Shown one piece after another: positions 52,928 through 61,765 of a DNA stretch of 64,000 nucleotides. The first letter of the stretch is position 1; every line of letters begins with the position of its first letter. A model generated the notes under the pieces. It did no database searches. It had not been told where the DNA came from and saw only the letters and a list, made by a program, of their open reading frames with translations. This stretch comes from an uncultured delta proteobacterium (GTDB lineage Bacteria; Desulfobacterota; BSN033; UBA1163). A program made the position numbers and the translations under genes. The DNA is taken from contig CAVPSJ010000008.1 of the NCBI GenBank assembly GCA_963708295.1, positions 311,432 through 375,431 on the forward strand, written 5' to 3'.

Positions 52928-54061
52928 ATGAATATCGGAGTTCCAAAAGAGATTAAGGAAGTTGAAAAAAGGGTAGGCATGACTCCGCAAGGGGTGGATG
53001 CTTTGGTGGCGCACGGTCATCGTGTGCTCGTTGAAAGAGGTGCAGGGGAGGGCAGTGGTTTCTCCGACCAGGAATACCGGAAAGCCGGGGCAACACTCGT
53101 TGAAGGGGCAAAGGATGTCTGGGGGGGAGCCGACATGGTGGTAAAGGTTAAGGAACCCCTGGGGCCGGAAATTTCTTTCATGAAGCCTGGTCAGGTCCTT
53201 TTTACGTATCTCCATCTCGCGGCAAATCGGGAGCTGACGCTCAAATTGATGGAACGGCGGATTGTCGGCATCGGTTACGAAACGGTCCAGGGGCGGGATG
53301 GCTCCCTTCCTCTTCTTCGGCCCATGAGCGAGATTGCAGGAAGGGCCTCGGTCCTTGCAGGAGGGATGTGTTTAGAAGCGAGGCATGGGGGGAGGGGAGT
53401 TCTCCTATGCGGGGCGTCGGGTGTTCCCCCGGCGAAGGTGGTCATCCTCGGAGCAGGGGTGGTGGGCGCCAACGCCTGCAAAGTTGCTCTGGGGATTGGC
53501 GCTCGCGTCAGCATTCTCGATGTTCACCCGGAAAGACTGAGTTATCTCCATGACATTACCCAAGGCCATATTGCCACGTTTATATCCAATCGAATGACGA
53601 TCGGAGAGGAAATCGCAAATGCTGATCTTGTCATTGGAGCAGTCCTTATTCCGGGTGCCCACGCACCCAAGCTGGTGACCCGTCCGATGTTGAAAAGGAT
53701 GCGACCTGGTTCTGCCGTGGTGGATGTCTCTGTGGACCAAGGGGGGTGTTTTGAGACAACACGCCCCACTACTCACGAGAGCCCGACCTACATCGAAGAA
53801 GGGATCGTCCACTATTGCGTGGCCAATATTCCGGGGGCCTTTCCAAGAACCTCCACGATTGCACTCACCAATGCGACCTTTCCTTACGTTCTTCAGATTG
53901 CAGACAAAGGTTATGAGAAAGCAATGGGAGAAAACGAAGCTTTGAGGAAGGGCCTCAATCTGATGGGTGGACAGATTGTTTATCAGGCTGTCGCCGAGGG
54001 CTTTGGACTGGCTTTTACGCGAAACCCCTTTAGCCCTGCTTCCTTGAAAAATCCGTCTTGA
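52928..54061 (+). CDS. ald: Alanine dehydrogenase
   Basis: MNIGVPKEIK, VKVKEP, FTYLHLA, PMSEIAGR, GAGVVG, VDQGGCFET, HYCVANIPGA. Confidence 0.96.
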   Translation: MNIGVPKEIKEVEKRVGMTPQGVDALVAHGHRVLVERGAGEGSGFSDQEYRKAGATLVEGAKDVWGGADMVVKVKEPLGPEISFMKPGQVLFTYLHLAANRELTLKLMERRIVGIGYETVQGRDGSLPLLRPMSEIAGRASVLAGGMCLEARHGGRGVLLCGASGVPPAKVVILGAGVVGANACKVALGIGARVSILDVHPERLSYLHDITQGHIATFISNRMTIGEEIANADLVIGAVLIPGAHAPKLVTRPMLKRMRPGSAVVDVSVDQGGCFETTRPTTHESPTYIEEGIVHYCVANIPGAFPRTSTIALTNATFPYVLQIADKGYEKAMGENEALRKGLNLMGGQIVYQAVAEGFGLAFTRNPFSPASLKNPS

Positions 54062-54062
54062 T

Positions 54063-54947
54063 GTGGTAAACCCCGTTAGAAAAGGCAGGGGTGGTGTTGG
54101 AACAGTGAAGACATCCGAAAGAAAAAAATCGACCCGTTCGGCTAAACCCGGCTCGAGAGATAAAGGCCAGGGGAAGAAACCCCGCTTCCGTCGACAGGCT
54201 CGGGACACAGAGCCTGTCGAGGCGCAGGGTCAACCTTTGCCCGGGCCCCGACCTTCAAGTCGCAAGGCCGAAAGGCTGACCATCGCGATCGATGGCCCGT
54301 CGGGGGCCGGGAAGAGCACTGTCGCGAGATCTTTGGCCAAGCGGTTGGATTACATTTATATTGATACCGGAGCCATGTATCGTTCCCTGGCTCTCCGTGT
54401 TAAAGAGAAAGGCATCTCTCCAGAGAATGATCGGGCACTCAAGCGATTGGCTTTATCCCTTTGCATCCGCTTCGCTACGGAGGGAGAACAAACCCGTGTT
54501 TTTTGTGAGGACGAGGATATTACGGAATCCATCCGTACTCCTGAAATCAGCCGTCTCGCCTCGTCTATTTCGAAGCAAAAGGGTGTCAGAGAAGCCTTGG
54601 TCCAGATGCAAAGGGAAATGGGAAAGGAAGGTGGCGTCGTCCTGGAGGGACGGGACATCGGGACGGTTGTTTTTCCAGACGCCGATGTTAAATTCTACCT
54701 GGATGCCGAGAGCAATGAAAGGATAAGAAGAAGATATGATGAAATGATTGAAAAAGGAGCGAAGGTAGGCCTGGAAGAGACAAGGGAAGAATTGTTACAG
54801 AGGGACTATAATGATACGCATCGAGTTTATTCTCCTCTCAAAAAGGCAATGGATGCGATGTTCATTGACTCCACCCATCGGTCTGTGGAAGAGGTCGTGG
54901 AGGAGATGGTCCGGGTCATCGAACAAAAAATGAGGGATGATAGATGA
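54063..54947 (+). CDS. cmk: Cytidylate kinase with a basic N-terminal extension (start uncertain)
   Basis: IAIDGPSGAGKST, DTGAMYR, EGRDIGTVVFPDA, RD..D. Confidence 0.93.
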   Translation: MVNPVRKGRGGVGTVKTSERKKSTRSAKPGSRDKGQGKKPRFRRQARDTEPVEAQGQPLPGPRPSSRKAERLTIAIDGPSGAGKSTVARSLAKRLDYIYIDTGAMYRSLALRVKEKGISPENDRALKRLALSLCIRFATEGEQTRVFCEDEDITESIRTPEISRLASSISKQKGVREALVQMQREMGKEGGVVLEGRDIGTVVFPDADVKFYLDAESNERIRRRYDEMIEKGAKVGLEETREELLQRDYNDTHRVYSPLKKAMDAMFIDSTHRSVEEVVEEMVRVIEQKMRDDR

Positions 54948-55142
54948 TGCGTATTGAGAGTTAAGGGATTGAAATAAAAAGAGAAAACTGTCCTCCCCGT
55001 TGCTACTTCGACTTCCGTTTGGGCCGTGCAGAAGACACGGACCGCTGGTTTGGCAGCTGAGCGACTCAAGGAGCTAAAAAATTTGTTTTTTGTTGCCTGG
55101 TATGGTATATAGTCTTGAATTATCGGAAGAAGGGAGTTTTGA

Positions 55143-56942
55143 ATGGTGAAGGAAGAATTGGATTCCTCTGAGGAAGAGGAAAAGCAGACCTCTCGTGGAG
55201 AAGAACCGGAAAAGAGAGAGAAGAGAGAACTTCCTCGCAGGGATGAACCCGAAGATTTTCAAACACTTTACGAAGAGAGCCTAAAGACCCTGGAAGAAGG
55301 TCAGATCCTCAGTGGGATTGTCATGGACATTACTCCGGATCACGTGACCGTGGATGTGGGATATAAGTCTGAAGGGCAGATCCCCATGCAGGAATTTTTG
55401 AAAAGGGATAAGAAGGTCGATGTGAAGATCGGAGACCGGATCGATGTGCTCTTGGAGAAGAAGGAGAGCGAGGAAGGGTTACTGACCCTCTCGAAAGAGA
55501 AGGCGGATCGAATCAATGTATGGAGGGATATCAGCAGATCCTGCCGGGAGGGGGAGGTTCTCGAGGGGGAGATTGTTGGAAAAGTGAAGGGAGGGCTCTC
55601 GGTCGATATTGGCCGAATTCTCGCTTTTTTGCCGGGCTCGCAAATTGACTTGAAACCCATTCGGAATCTGGATGCCTTGATCGGGCAACGAATGAAATTC
55701 AAGGTGATCAAATTCAATCGGAAACGAAACAATATCGTCCTTTCCCGGCGAGTTCTCCTGGATGAAGAGCGAAAACAGCTGAGAGAGGAAACTTTAAAAA
55801 GTATCAAAGAGGGGGACGTTGTCGAGGGGACGGTGAAGAATCTAACCGAATACGGCGCGTTCATCGATTTGGGTGGGATGGACGGGCTGCTCCACATTAC
55901 GGATATCTCCTGGGGCAGAATCGGGCATCCTTCGGAGAAGCTCTCCGTCGGAGATCGGATCAAGGTAAAAGTCCTTCACTTTGACCACGAGAAAGAAAAA
56001 GTCTCATTGGGGTTAAAGCAAGCCCTCCCCGATCCCTGGGAGTCCGTGCCCCAGCGATATGGGGTGGGTTCTCGCACCAAGGGGAAAGTCGTCAATGTGA
56101 CCGACTATGGAGTTTTCGTGGAGTTAGAAGAGGGGGTTGAAGGGCTTGCCCACATCTCAGAGCTGACCTGGAGCAAGAAGACGAAACACCCCTCCAAGAT
56201 CGTTCACATCGGTGATACGATCGAGGTCATGGTCCTCGACTGCGACCCGGCCAAACGCCGAATCTCCTTGGGGATGAAACAGGTCGAGCCCAACCCATGG
56301 GCTCTCATCGAGGAGAAATATCCGGTAGGGACCAAGGTGGTCGGGAGGGTGAAAACCGTCACGGATTTTGGAATCTTCATCGGGTTTGACGAAGGGGTTG
56401 ATGGGCTCGTCCATGTCTCCGAGATGTCATGGACGAAAAAAATCAAACACCCCGGCGAGCTGTATAAGAAGGGGCAGGAAGTCGAAGCGGTGGTCTTGAA
56501 TATTGACCGGAAGAATGAACGCTTCTCTTTAGGGGTTAAACAGCTGACTCCTGACCCATGGAAAGATGTTGCGCGGAGATACCGAAAAGGAGAGGTCGTC
56601 GTTGGAAAGGTTACCAATGTGACTGATTTCGGCGCCTTTGTGGAATTGGAAGAAGGGATTGAAGGACTTGTCCATGTTTCTGAGATCAGCCGGGAAAAAG
56701 TGGAGAAACCCTCCGACGTCCTGAAGGTCGGGGATACCCTCTCCGCGGTGGTTCTTCACATCGACCCCCATGATCGAAGGATCGGCCTCAGCATCAAACT
56801 GCTCAAAGACAAGGCCGAGAAGGCGGAAATCGAAAAATATATCTCGGGCCAAGGCTCCACGTCTCCCAGTCTGGGAGAATTGATTCAGGAAGAGATGGAA
56901 AAGCGAGGCGGAGGCTTGCCTTCCAACAAGGACGACGCCTGA
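55143..56942 (+). CDS. rpsA: 30S ribosomal protein S1
   Basis: Six S1 repeats (GYKSEG, FLPGSQ, YGAFIDLG, GLLHITD, RISLG); follows cmk. Confidence 0.98.
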   Translation: MVKEELDSSEEEEKQTSRGEEPEKREKRELPRRDEPEDFQTLYEESLKTLEEGQILSGIVMDITPDHVTVDVGYKSEGQIPMQEFLKRDKKVDVKIGDRIDVLLEKKESEEGLLTLSKEKADRINVWRDISRSCREGEVLEGEIVGKVKGGLSVDIGRILAFLPGSQIDLKPIRNLDALIGQRMKFKVIKFNRKRNNIVLSRRVLLDEERKQLREETLKSIKEGDVVEGTVKNLTEYGAFIDLGGMDGLLHITDISWGRIGHPSEKLSVGDRIKVKVLHFDHEKEKVSLGLKQALPDPWESVPQRYGVGSRTKGKVVNVTDYGVFVELEEGVEGLAHISELTWSKKTKHPSKIVHIGDTIEVMVLDCDPAKRRISLGMKQVEPNPWALIEEKYPVGTKVVGRVKTVTDFGIFIGFDEGVDGLVHVSEMSWTKKIKHPGELYKKGQEVEAVVLNIDRKNERFSLGVKQLTPDPWKDVARRYRKGEVVVGKVTNVTDFGAFVELEEGIEGLVHVSEISREKVEKPSDVLKVGDTLSAVVLHIDPHDRRIGLSIKLLKDKAEKAEIEKYISGQGSTSPSLGELIQEEMEKRGGGLPSNKDDA

Positions 56943-56948
56943 AACCGC

Positions 56949-57066
56949 CAATGATCAATAAGCAATGATCAATGGCCAATGATTATTGAGCAAGACTAGG
57001 TTGGCAATATCGGATAATTCTTGAGCACTGAACATTGGTAATTGGTAATTGGTAATTGGTATTGGA
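56949..57066. repeat. Inverted heptamer tandem arrays
   Basis: Five CAATRRN units at 56949-56983 and CATTGGT(AATTGGT)3ATTGG at 57033-57065, complementary through CAAT/ATTG. Confidence 0.8.
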
Positions 57067-57074
57067 TTCCTGCC

Positions 57075-57785
57075 TTAAGCCCTCTTAACATAAATATTTC
57101 TTACGATATCCCTGTCCAGCGCGAGAGTCGTTTCTCCCATCTGCACCACGTAAGAAGGGTTTTTCTGGTGCATTCTCAGAGTGCTTCCCGGAACGATCCC
57201 CAGAGTGCTCAACCGGTCGAGCCTTTGGTGTGATTTGGGTGCGATAAAGACGATCCGGCCTTCCTCTCCCAATCCCAATTCCTCCAATGGGATGACGAGA
57301 GGCTTCATCTCCTTTTTGAACTTTGCACAGCATTCTCCCCTGGGAATCGGTTTTCCGTGGATGCAAGTCGGTGGATGACCGAGAAAGGTGCAGACGCTTT
57401 CCGTTACCCCGGGACTCAAGATGTGCTCGAGTTTACAGGCCTCCTCTTCGACTTCCTCTTCGGACATTTCAAAGATTTCATGGAGGAGCCTTTCGGTCAG
57501 ACGGTGACGTCGAACGATCTCTCTCGCTTTCTCCTCTCCGCGTTCCTTGAGGATCATTCGATTGCCTTCAATCTGAAAGAGATCGTCCTTGATCATCTTG
57601 CGAAGAATGGATCTCGCTTCAACGTCCTGGGTCATCTCAAAAAGGTGATCCATGTCAGAGACCCCTTCTTCTCTTAACGTCCAGACGAGTTCGAGGAGTT
57701 CGTCGATCCGGTCCTCTTCGACTCCATCCACGGATGCGCCCATCCTCTGATGGAGGCCCCGTTTGGATTCGGATTCTTTCGTCAT
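57075..57785 (-). CDS. DtxR/MntR-family metal-binding protein with C-terminal FeoA domain
   Basis: RRHRLTERLL, EACKLEH, LGHPPTCIHGKPIP, RLSTLGIVPG..LALD. Confidence 0.88.
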   Translation of the reverse strand: MTKESESKRGLHQRMGASVDGVEEDRIDELLELVWTLREEGVSDMDHLFEMTQDVEARSILRKMIKDDLFQIEGNRMILKERGEEKAREIVRRHRLTERLLHEIFEMSEEEVEEEACKLEHILSPGVTESVCTFLGHPPTCIHGKPIPRGECCAKFKKEMKPLVIPLEELGLGEEGRIVFIAPKSHQRLDRLSTLGIVPGSTLRMHQKNPSYVVQMGETTLALDRDIVRNIYVKRA

Positions 57786-57979
57786 GGTTTTACCTTTCTT
57801 TTCCAGAAGGATTTAAAAAAATCGACGATGGCCGATTGTTCCTTGTAGCTATATCCGCATTGAGGACAACAAAGGAGATTGCAGTTCTTTGAAAGCAGGC
57901 ATCCGGAGTGGCATTTCATCTCCTGCGGAGAGAATTGCTTTCCGCAAAGCGGACACTTTTGCAGATTAGATGTTGACAT
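57782..57979 (-). CDS. Small Cys-rich protein (65 aa) in the feo operon
   Basis: CPLC..CHSGC..C..CCPQCGY; stop overlaps the next start (ATGA). Confidence 0.8.
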   Translation of the reverse strand: MSTSNLQKCPLCGKQFSPQEMKCHSGCLLSKNCNLLCCPQCGYSYKEQSAIVDFFKSFWKRKVKP

Positions 57980-57997
57980 ATCACAGGGCCTTTCCGG

Positions 57998-58130
57998 AAA
58001 TCCAAATATCAAATTTCGCACGAAGTGACGAACTGAAAGTGAGTCAATGTCAAATTATTAACAAATGACCGATGTTGCCGGTCATCGGAATTTTGGATTT
58101 GATTTGAGCTTTGACATTTGACATTCCATT
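57998..58130. repeat. Degenerate heptamer inverted repeat
   Basis: AAATCC AAATATC AAATTTC ... TTTGGATTTGATTTGAGCTTTGACATTTGACATT, with inner ATGACCG..CGGTCAT stem. Confidence 0.6.
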
Positions 58131-58140
58131 CTTCATGTGC

Positions 58141-60114
58141 CTAAATCCCAAAAATGCTCAGCAGAAAATTTACTATCCCTCCCATCGCAAAAGCAATGGG
58201 GATGACCGCCGCCGATATCCAGAGCGCCTTTCTTACCCCTCTTTCTTTAATCATCATAAAAAACTGGGCGATGCAGGGGAGGAACAGGGTAATCGTGACT
58301 AAACTGACCAGGATTTGATGGGCGTCGAGTTGTCCTCCCTTGGCCAGTACGAATAGACCCGCTGCTCCGTAATCCCTTCTCAGGAACCCGATGATGAAGG
58401 CCTCGGTCACTTTGGCGGGGAGGCCCAGCCAATGGACAACCAATGGAGTGGCAGCCTTTTCCAAGAGGGCGAGTAAGTTTGTCTTATGCAGGCCGAAAAG
58501 AATAAGAGTCCCCAAGATGAAAAGGGGAACGGCTTCCTTTAAGTACCATTCCATGCGAGCCAGGGTTTTGACGACGACATTGGAGAGCAACGGAATCCTC
58601 AACGGCGGGATCTCTAAGATGAAATCGGAACTTTCGCCAGGAATCACCCGGGATGCCAAATAACCCACCAGGATGAGAATGCCGGCGATCATGAAGATCC
58701 ATGCCAAGAAGTAAAGGGCAGGAAGGCTTGCAAACATTCCAAGAATGATTCCCAGTTGAGCAGAACAAGGAACGGCAAGCGCCAAAAGCAGCGTCACGAT
58801 GGTCCGATCTTTTTCGGTATCCAGGATCCGCGTGGTCATGGTGGCCATGGTGTCACATCCCAACCCCAGAACCATGGGCAAAACCGCCTTACCATTAAGA
58901 CCCATCTTTTTGAAAACCTGATTGGTCATCACGGCCAGCCGGGGTAAATATCCGGAGTCTTCCATCAGTCCAAAAACCAGAAAAAAACACCCGACGATGG
59001 GAAGAACGATGGCAATGGCATAAGTAAGAGCCATCGTGATGACTCCGTAAGGGCCGATAAAAAGCTCTTGGAAAAAGGGAATAGGGATAAAACGTTCAAA
59101 GAGGCGGGTGAGGGGAGGAAGGAGCCATTTTCCAAAAACGGTTTCCTCTAAAAATTTGACACTGGTCTGGGCTCCGAAGACACCGACAAATTCATAGGTC
59201 ATCCAGAGGATGAGCAGAAGGACAGGGACCCCCCAGAAGGGGTGAATGGAGAGATTTCCGAGAAAGGAGGCGACCGATTTAGGTGCCTCTCCCCGGAGGC
59301 CCATGACCTGTGGCAGCAATTCATCTGCCTTTCGGAGCCTGGCCTGATTGATCAAGTAGCCGATTGGGTCGGCAAAATGGGCCTGGGTCTCCTGCCGGAT
59401 TTTTTCGATTTGGAGAATGTCCTCTTCTGAAAGGTTGCGGTGGAGCCAATCCGCCAGGCTCTCGTCCCCGGAGAGCAGCATCAGTGCCAGAGAACGCCTG
59501 GAGAGAGAGACCTCCGGAAGGAAAGGGATGATTTGTGAGATACCCCGTTCAACGGCCTCCGGATAGTTGATCGGGATTGAAGAAAGAGGGTGACTCGTCA
59601 GGTTTTCTTTGATCTTCTCCAGACCTTTCTTTCTTGTGGCCACGGTTTTCAGGATGGGAGTGCCCAAGATCTCCGATAAGGTCTGAGTTTTAATTTCGAT
59701 ACCTCTGCTCTTCGCCTCGTCCCACATGTTCAAGAGGACGAGGAAAGGAAGCCCCATCTCTAACAGTTGAAGCGAGATGAGGAGGCCTCGACGAATATTT
59801 TTGGTGTCCATGACCTGGATCAGATAGCTCTTGGGCTCTTTGAGAAGAATGTCGCGAGTGACCTTCTCATCCTCTGACATCGGAATGAGGGAGTTGACCC
59901 CCGGGGTGTCCAATACTTGTAGTTTCTTTCCGTGAGCGACCAGGGTTCCGATGGAAACCTCCACGGTGGTTCCCGGATAGTTCGAGACGGTCACATATTT
60001 TCCCGTGAGGTAATTGAAGATGACCGATTTTCCGACATTCGGATTCCCGATGAGAATCACTTTCTCTTTAGGAGCTTCAGTCTGTTGGGTTTGGCTAATG
60101 CTGCAAGACTCCAT
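58141..60114 (-). CDS. feoB: Ferrous iron transporter FeoB
   Basis: GNPNVGKS, NYPGTTV, DTPG, NMWD, EDSGYLPR, GLGC, PCSAQ, LEIP, PCIA. Confidence 0.96.
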   Translation of the reverse strand: MESCSISQTQQTEAPKEKVILIGNPNVGKSVIFNYLTGKYVTVSNYPGTTVEVSIGTLVAHGKKLQVLDTPGVNSLIPMSEDEKVTRDILLKEPKSYLIQVMDTKNIRRGLLISLQLLEMGLPFLVLLNMWDEAKSRGIEIKTQTLSEILGTPILKTVATRKKGLEKIKENLTSHPLSSIPINYPEAVERGISQIIPFLPEVSLSRRSLALMLLSGDESLADWLHRNLSEEDILQIEKIRQETQAHFADPIGYLINQARLRKADELLPQVMGLRGEAPKSVASFLGNLSIHPFWGVPVLLLILWMTYEFVGVFGAQTSVKFLEETVFGKWLLPPLTRLFERFIPIPFFQELFIGPYGVITMALTYAIAIVLPIVGCFFLVFGLMEDSGYLPRLAVMTNQVFKKMGLNGKAVLPMVLGLGCDTMATMTTRILDTEKDRTIVTLLLALAVPCSAQLGIILGMFASLPALYFLAWIFMIAGILILVGYLASRVIPGESSDFILEIPPLRIPLLSNVVVKTLARMEWYLKEAVPLFILGTLILFGLHKTNLLALLEKAATPLVVHWLGLPAKVTEAFIIGFLRRDYGAAGLFVLAKGGQLDAHQILVSLVTITLFLPCIAQFFMMIKERGVRKALWISAAVIPIAFAMGGIVNFLLSIFGI

Positions 60115-60117
60115 ACT

Positions 60118-60574
60118 TTAACTTTTTCTCCTGCCCGCTTTTTCCTTCCGGCGACATTCCTCACATCGACCGTAGAGTTCCATGAGGTGATGGGAGATCT
60201 TAAAACGGTAACGCTGGGCAATCCCCTTCTGAAGGGCTTCCAGAGTGGGGTCCTCGAACTCAATAATGTTTCCGCAATCAAGACAGATGAGGTGATCGTG
60301 GTGGCTTCCCTGTGAAGCAGGCTCATATCGCGTCTCCCCGTCCTCAAATTTTCGTCGGGTGGCCAAACCGAGCCGGGTCAAAAGCTTGAGGGTGCGGTAA
60401 ACGGTGACGTAGCCGATCTTAGGGTTGGTCTTGGCAACCTGGGCATAAATTTGTGCGAGACTCCTGTGCCCGGAGGAACCCAGAAAGATGTTGAGAATCT
60501 CTTCCCGCTGCTTCGTTGCCTTCAGCCCTTCTTCGGAGATCCGTGCTTTAAAGAGGTCGGGTTTGATATGCCAT
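60118..60574 (-). CDS. fur: Fur-family regulator; no in-frame ATG (ATC at 60567, or ATG at 60574 with a 1-nt insertion)
   Basis: Open frame GLKATKQREEIL..H, IGYVTVYRTLKLL, HHDHLICLDCG, LYGRCEEC. Confidence 0.9.
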
Positions 60575-60582
60575 CCTCGTTT

Positions 60583-60603
60583 TGAAATTGAATTTCAATT
60601 TCA
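60583..60603. promoter_or_regulatory. Putative Fur operator, perfect 10-1-10 palindrome
   Basis: TGAAATTGAA-T-TTCAATTTCA between the -10 box and the fur start. Confidence 0.8.
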
Positions 60604-60631
60604 TGTTAACCCATCCTCCTTGGCCTGTCAA
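60603..60631 (-). promoter_or_regulatory. Sigma70 promoter of the fur-feoB operon
   Basis: Minus strand TTGACA-N17-TAACAT. Confidence 0.75.
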
Positions 60632-60639
60632 CGGCAAAA

Positions 60640-60668
60640 TTGACCTGTCCTCTCTTCTCTGTTAATAT
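60640..60668 (+). promoter_or_regulatory. Divergent sigma70 promoter for the DHH gene
   Basis: TTGACC-N17-TAATAT. Confidence 0.65.
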
Positions 60669-60692
60669 TTTAAATAGGACGAGTATCCCACG

Positions 60693-61700
60693 ATGGCCCC
60701 TTCTGCCAGCCCGGACTTAGCTCGTTACGAAAAAATCGTTACCCACAATGACTTCGATGGCATTGTCAGTGCCTCTCTCTGTTCAAGGGTCTTAGGAATT
60801 CAGAAGGTGATGTTCACGGGTCCGATGACCGTCGCGCGCGCTCAAATCACGATCACCGAGAAAGATGTCGTCTGCGATCTGCCCTATCCCCTCGAATGCG
60901 GACTCTGGTTCGATCATCATGAGGGGAATCTCCAGGAGCTGACACTCCGCAAGATCGATGTCAAATCGATCCCCGGCCGATTCGATTTGAAGCCGAGCTG
61001 CAGCCGGGTGGTTTATGAGTATTTTTCCGAAAGAGAAGAACTCCCCTCTTATTTCATGAAAGCGGTGGAGGAGGCGGATGTGATTGACAGTTTTTCTTAT
61101 GCTTCAATCGAGGATTGGAGAAGAGAGACCCCGGGGAAGGTGATCGATTCAACCTTGAAGGTCCTTTTCCGTTCGACCGAGGATCAGGCCAGCTATATGA
61201 GAAACGTGGTTCAACAACTTCGCGACCGTTCGATCGAAGAGGTATCCCGTCTTGACTTTGTTCAGAAGCAGTTAAGGCAGTATCGAGACGAAGAGGGAAG
61301 GATGCTTCGAATCATTCAGGATGCCTCGCATTTCAACGAGGAGGACAAGGAGAAAGAAGTGGTCGTGATCGATCTGACTTCTTATCAGCGAAGGCCTCAC
61401 CTCATCAAAAACCTCGCCTTTCTGGTGTATCCCGAAGCGTTGGGGGTTTTGGAGGTTTACAGCTTGACGGACCATCAAGGGGTGAAAAGTAATCATTTCG
61501 GTCTCTCCATGGCCCTTTCCATCCAAGGAAACAAGAAAGACCAGAGTAAGAATATCGGCGAAATCATGCGAACACTCAACATCGGGGATGGCCATCCGGG
61601 GGCAGCTGCCGGCACGGTCCGCTGTCAATCCAAGCAGGAGATGCTGAAAAAGAAAAAGGAGTACCTGAGCCAGATCTTTAGACTTTGGTCATCTCAATAA
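60693..61700 (+). CDS. DHH-family phosphoesterase (nanoRNase/exopolyphosphatase-like)
   Basis: THNDFDG, CDLP, FDHH, PSCSRV, GDGHPGAA. Confidence 0.82.
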   Translation: MAPSASPDLARYEKIVTHNDFDGIVSASLCSRVLGIQKVMFTGPMTVARAQITITEKDVVCDLPYPLECGLWFDHHEGNLQELTLRKIDVKSIPGRFDLKPSCSRVVYEYFSEREELPSYFMKAVEEADVIDSFSYASIEDWRRETPGKVIDSTLKVLFRSTEDQASYMRNVVQQLRDRSIEEVSRLDFVQKQLRQYRDEEGRMLRIIQDASHFNEEDKEKEVVVIDLTSYQRRPHLIKNLAFLVYPEALGVLEVYSLTDHQGVKSNHFGLSMALSIQGNKKDQSKNIGEIMRTLNIGDGHPGAAAGTVRCQSKQEMLKKKKEYLSQIFRLWSSQ

Positions 61701-61724
61701 GGTTTGCCGAAATCAAAGAGGTCA

Positions 61725-61759
61725 AAAAGGGAAACGGGAGGGCCCTTGGAGCCCTCCCG
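61725..61759 (-). terminator. Terminator hairpin between convergent genes
   Basis: CGGGAGGGC-7nt-GCCCTCCCG; minus strand continues TTTCCCTTTTT. Confidence 0.7.
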
Positions 61760-61765
61760 AAGAGA

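Noticed and set aside
53405-54208. Long antisense ORFs (also 55340-55963, 41607-42314, 20183-20776)
   Set aside because: Shadows of well-supported genes on the opposite strand
56949-57066. CRISPR array
   Set aside because: Units are 7 nt with no spacers; no cas genes in the window
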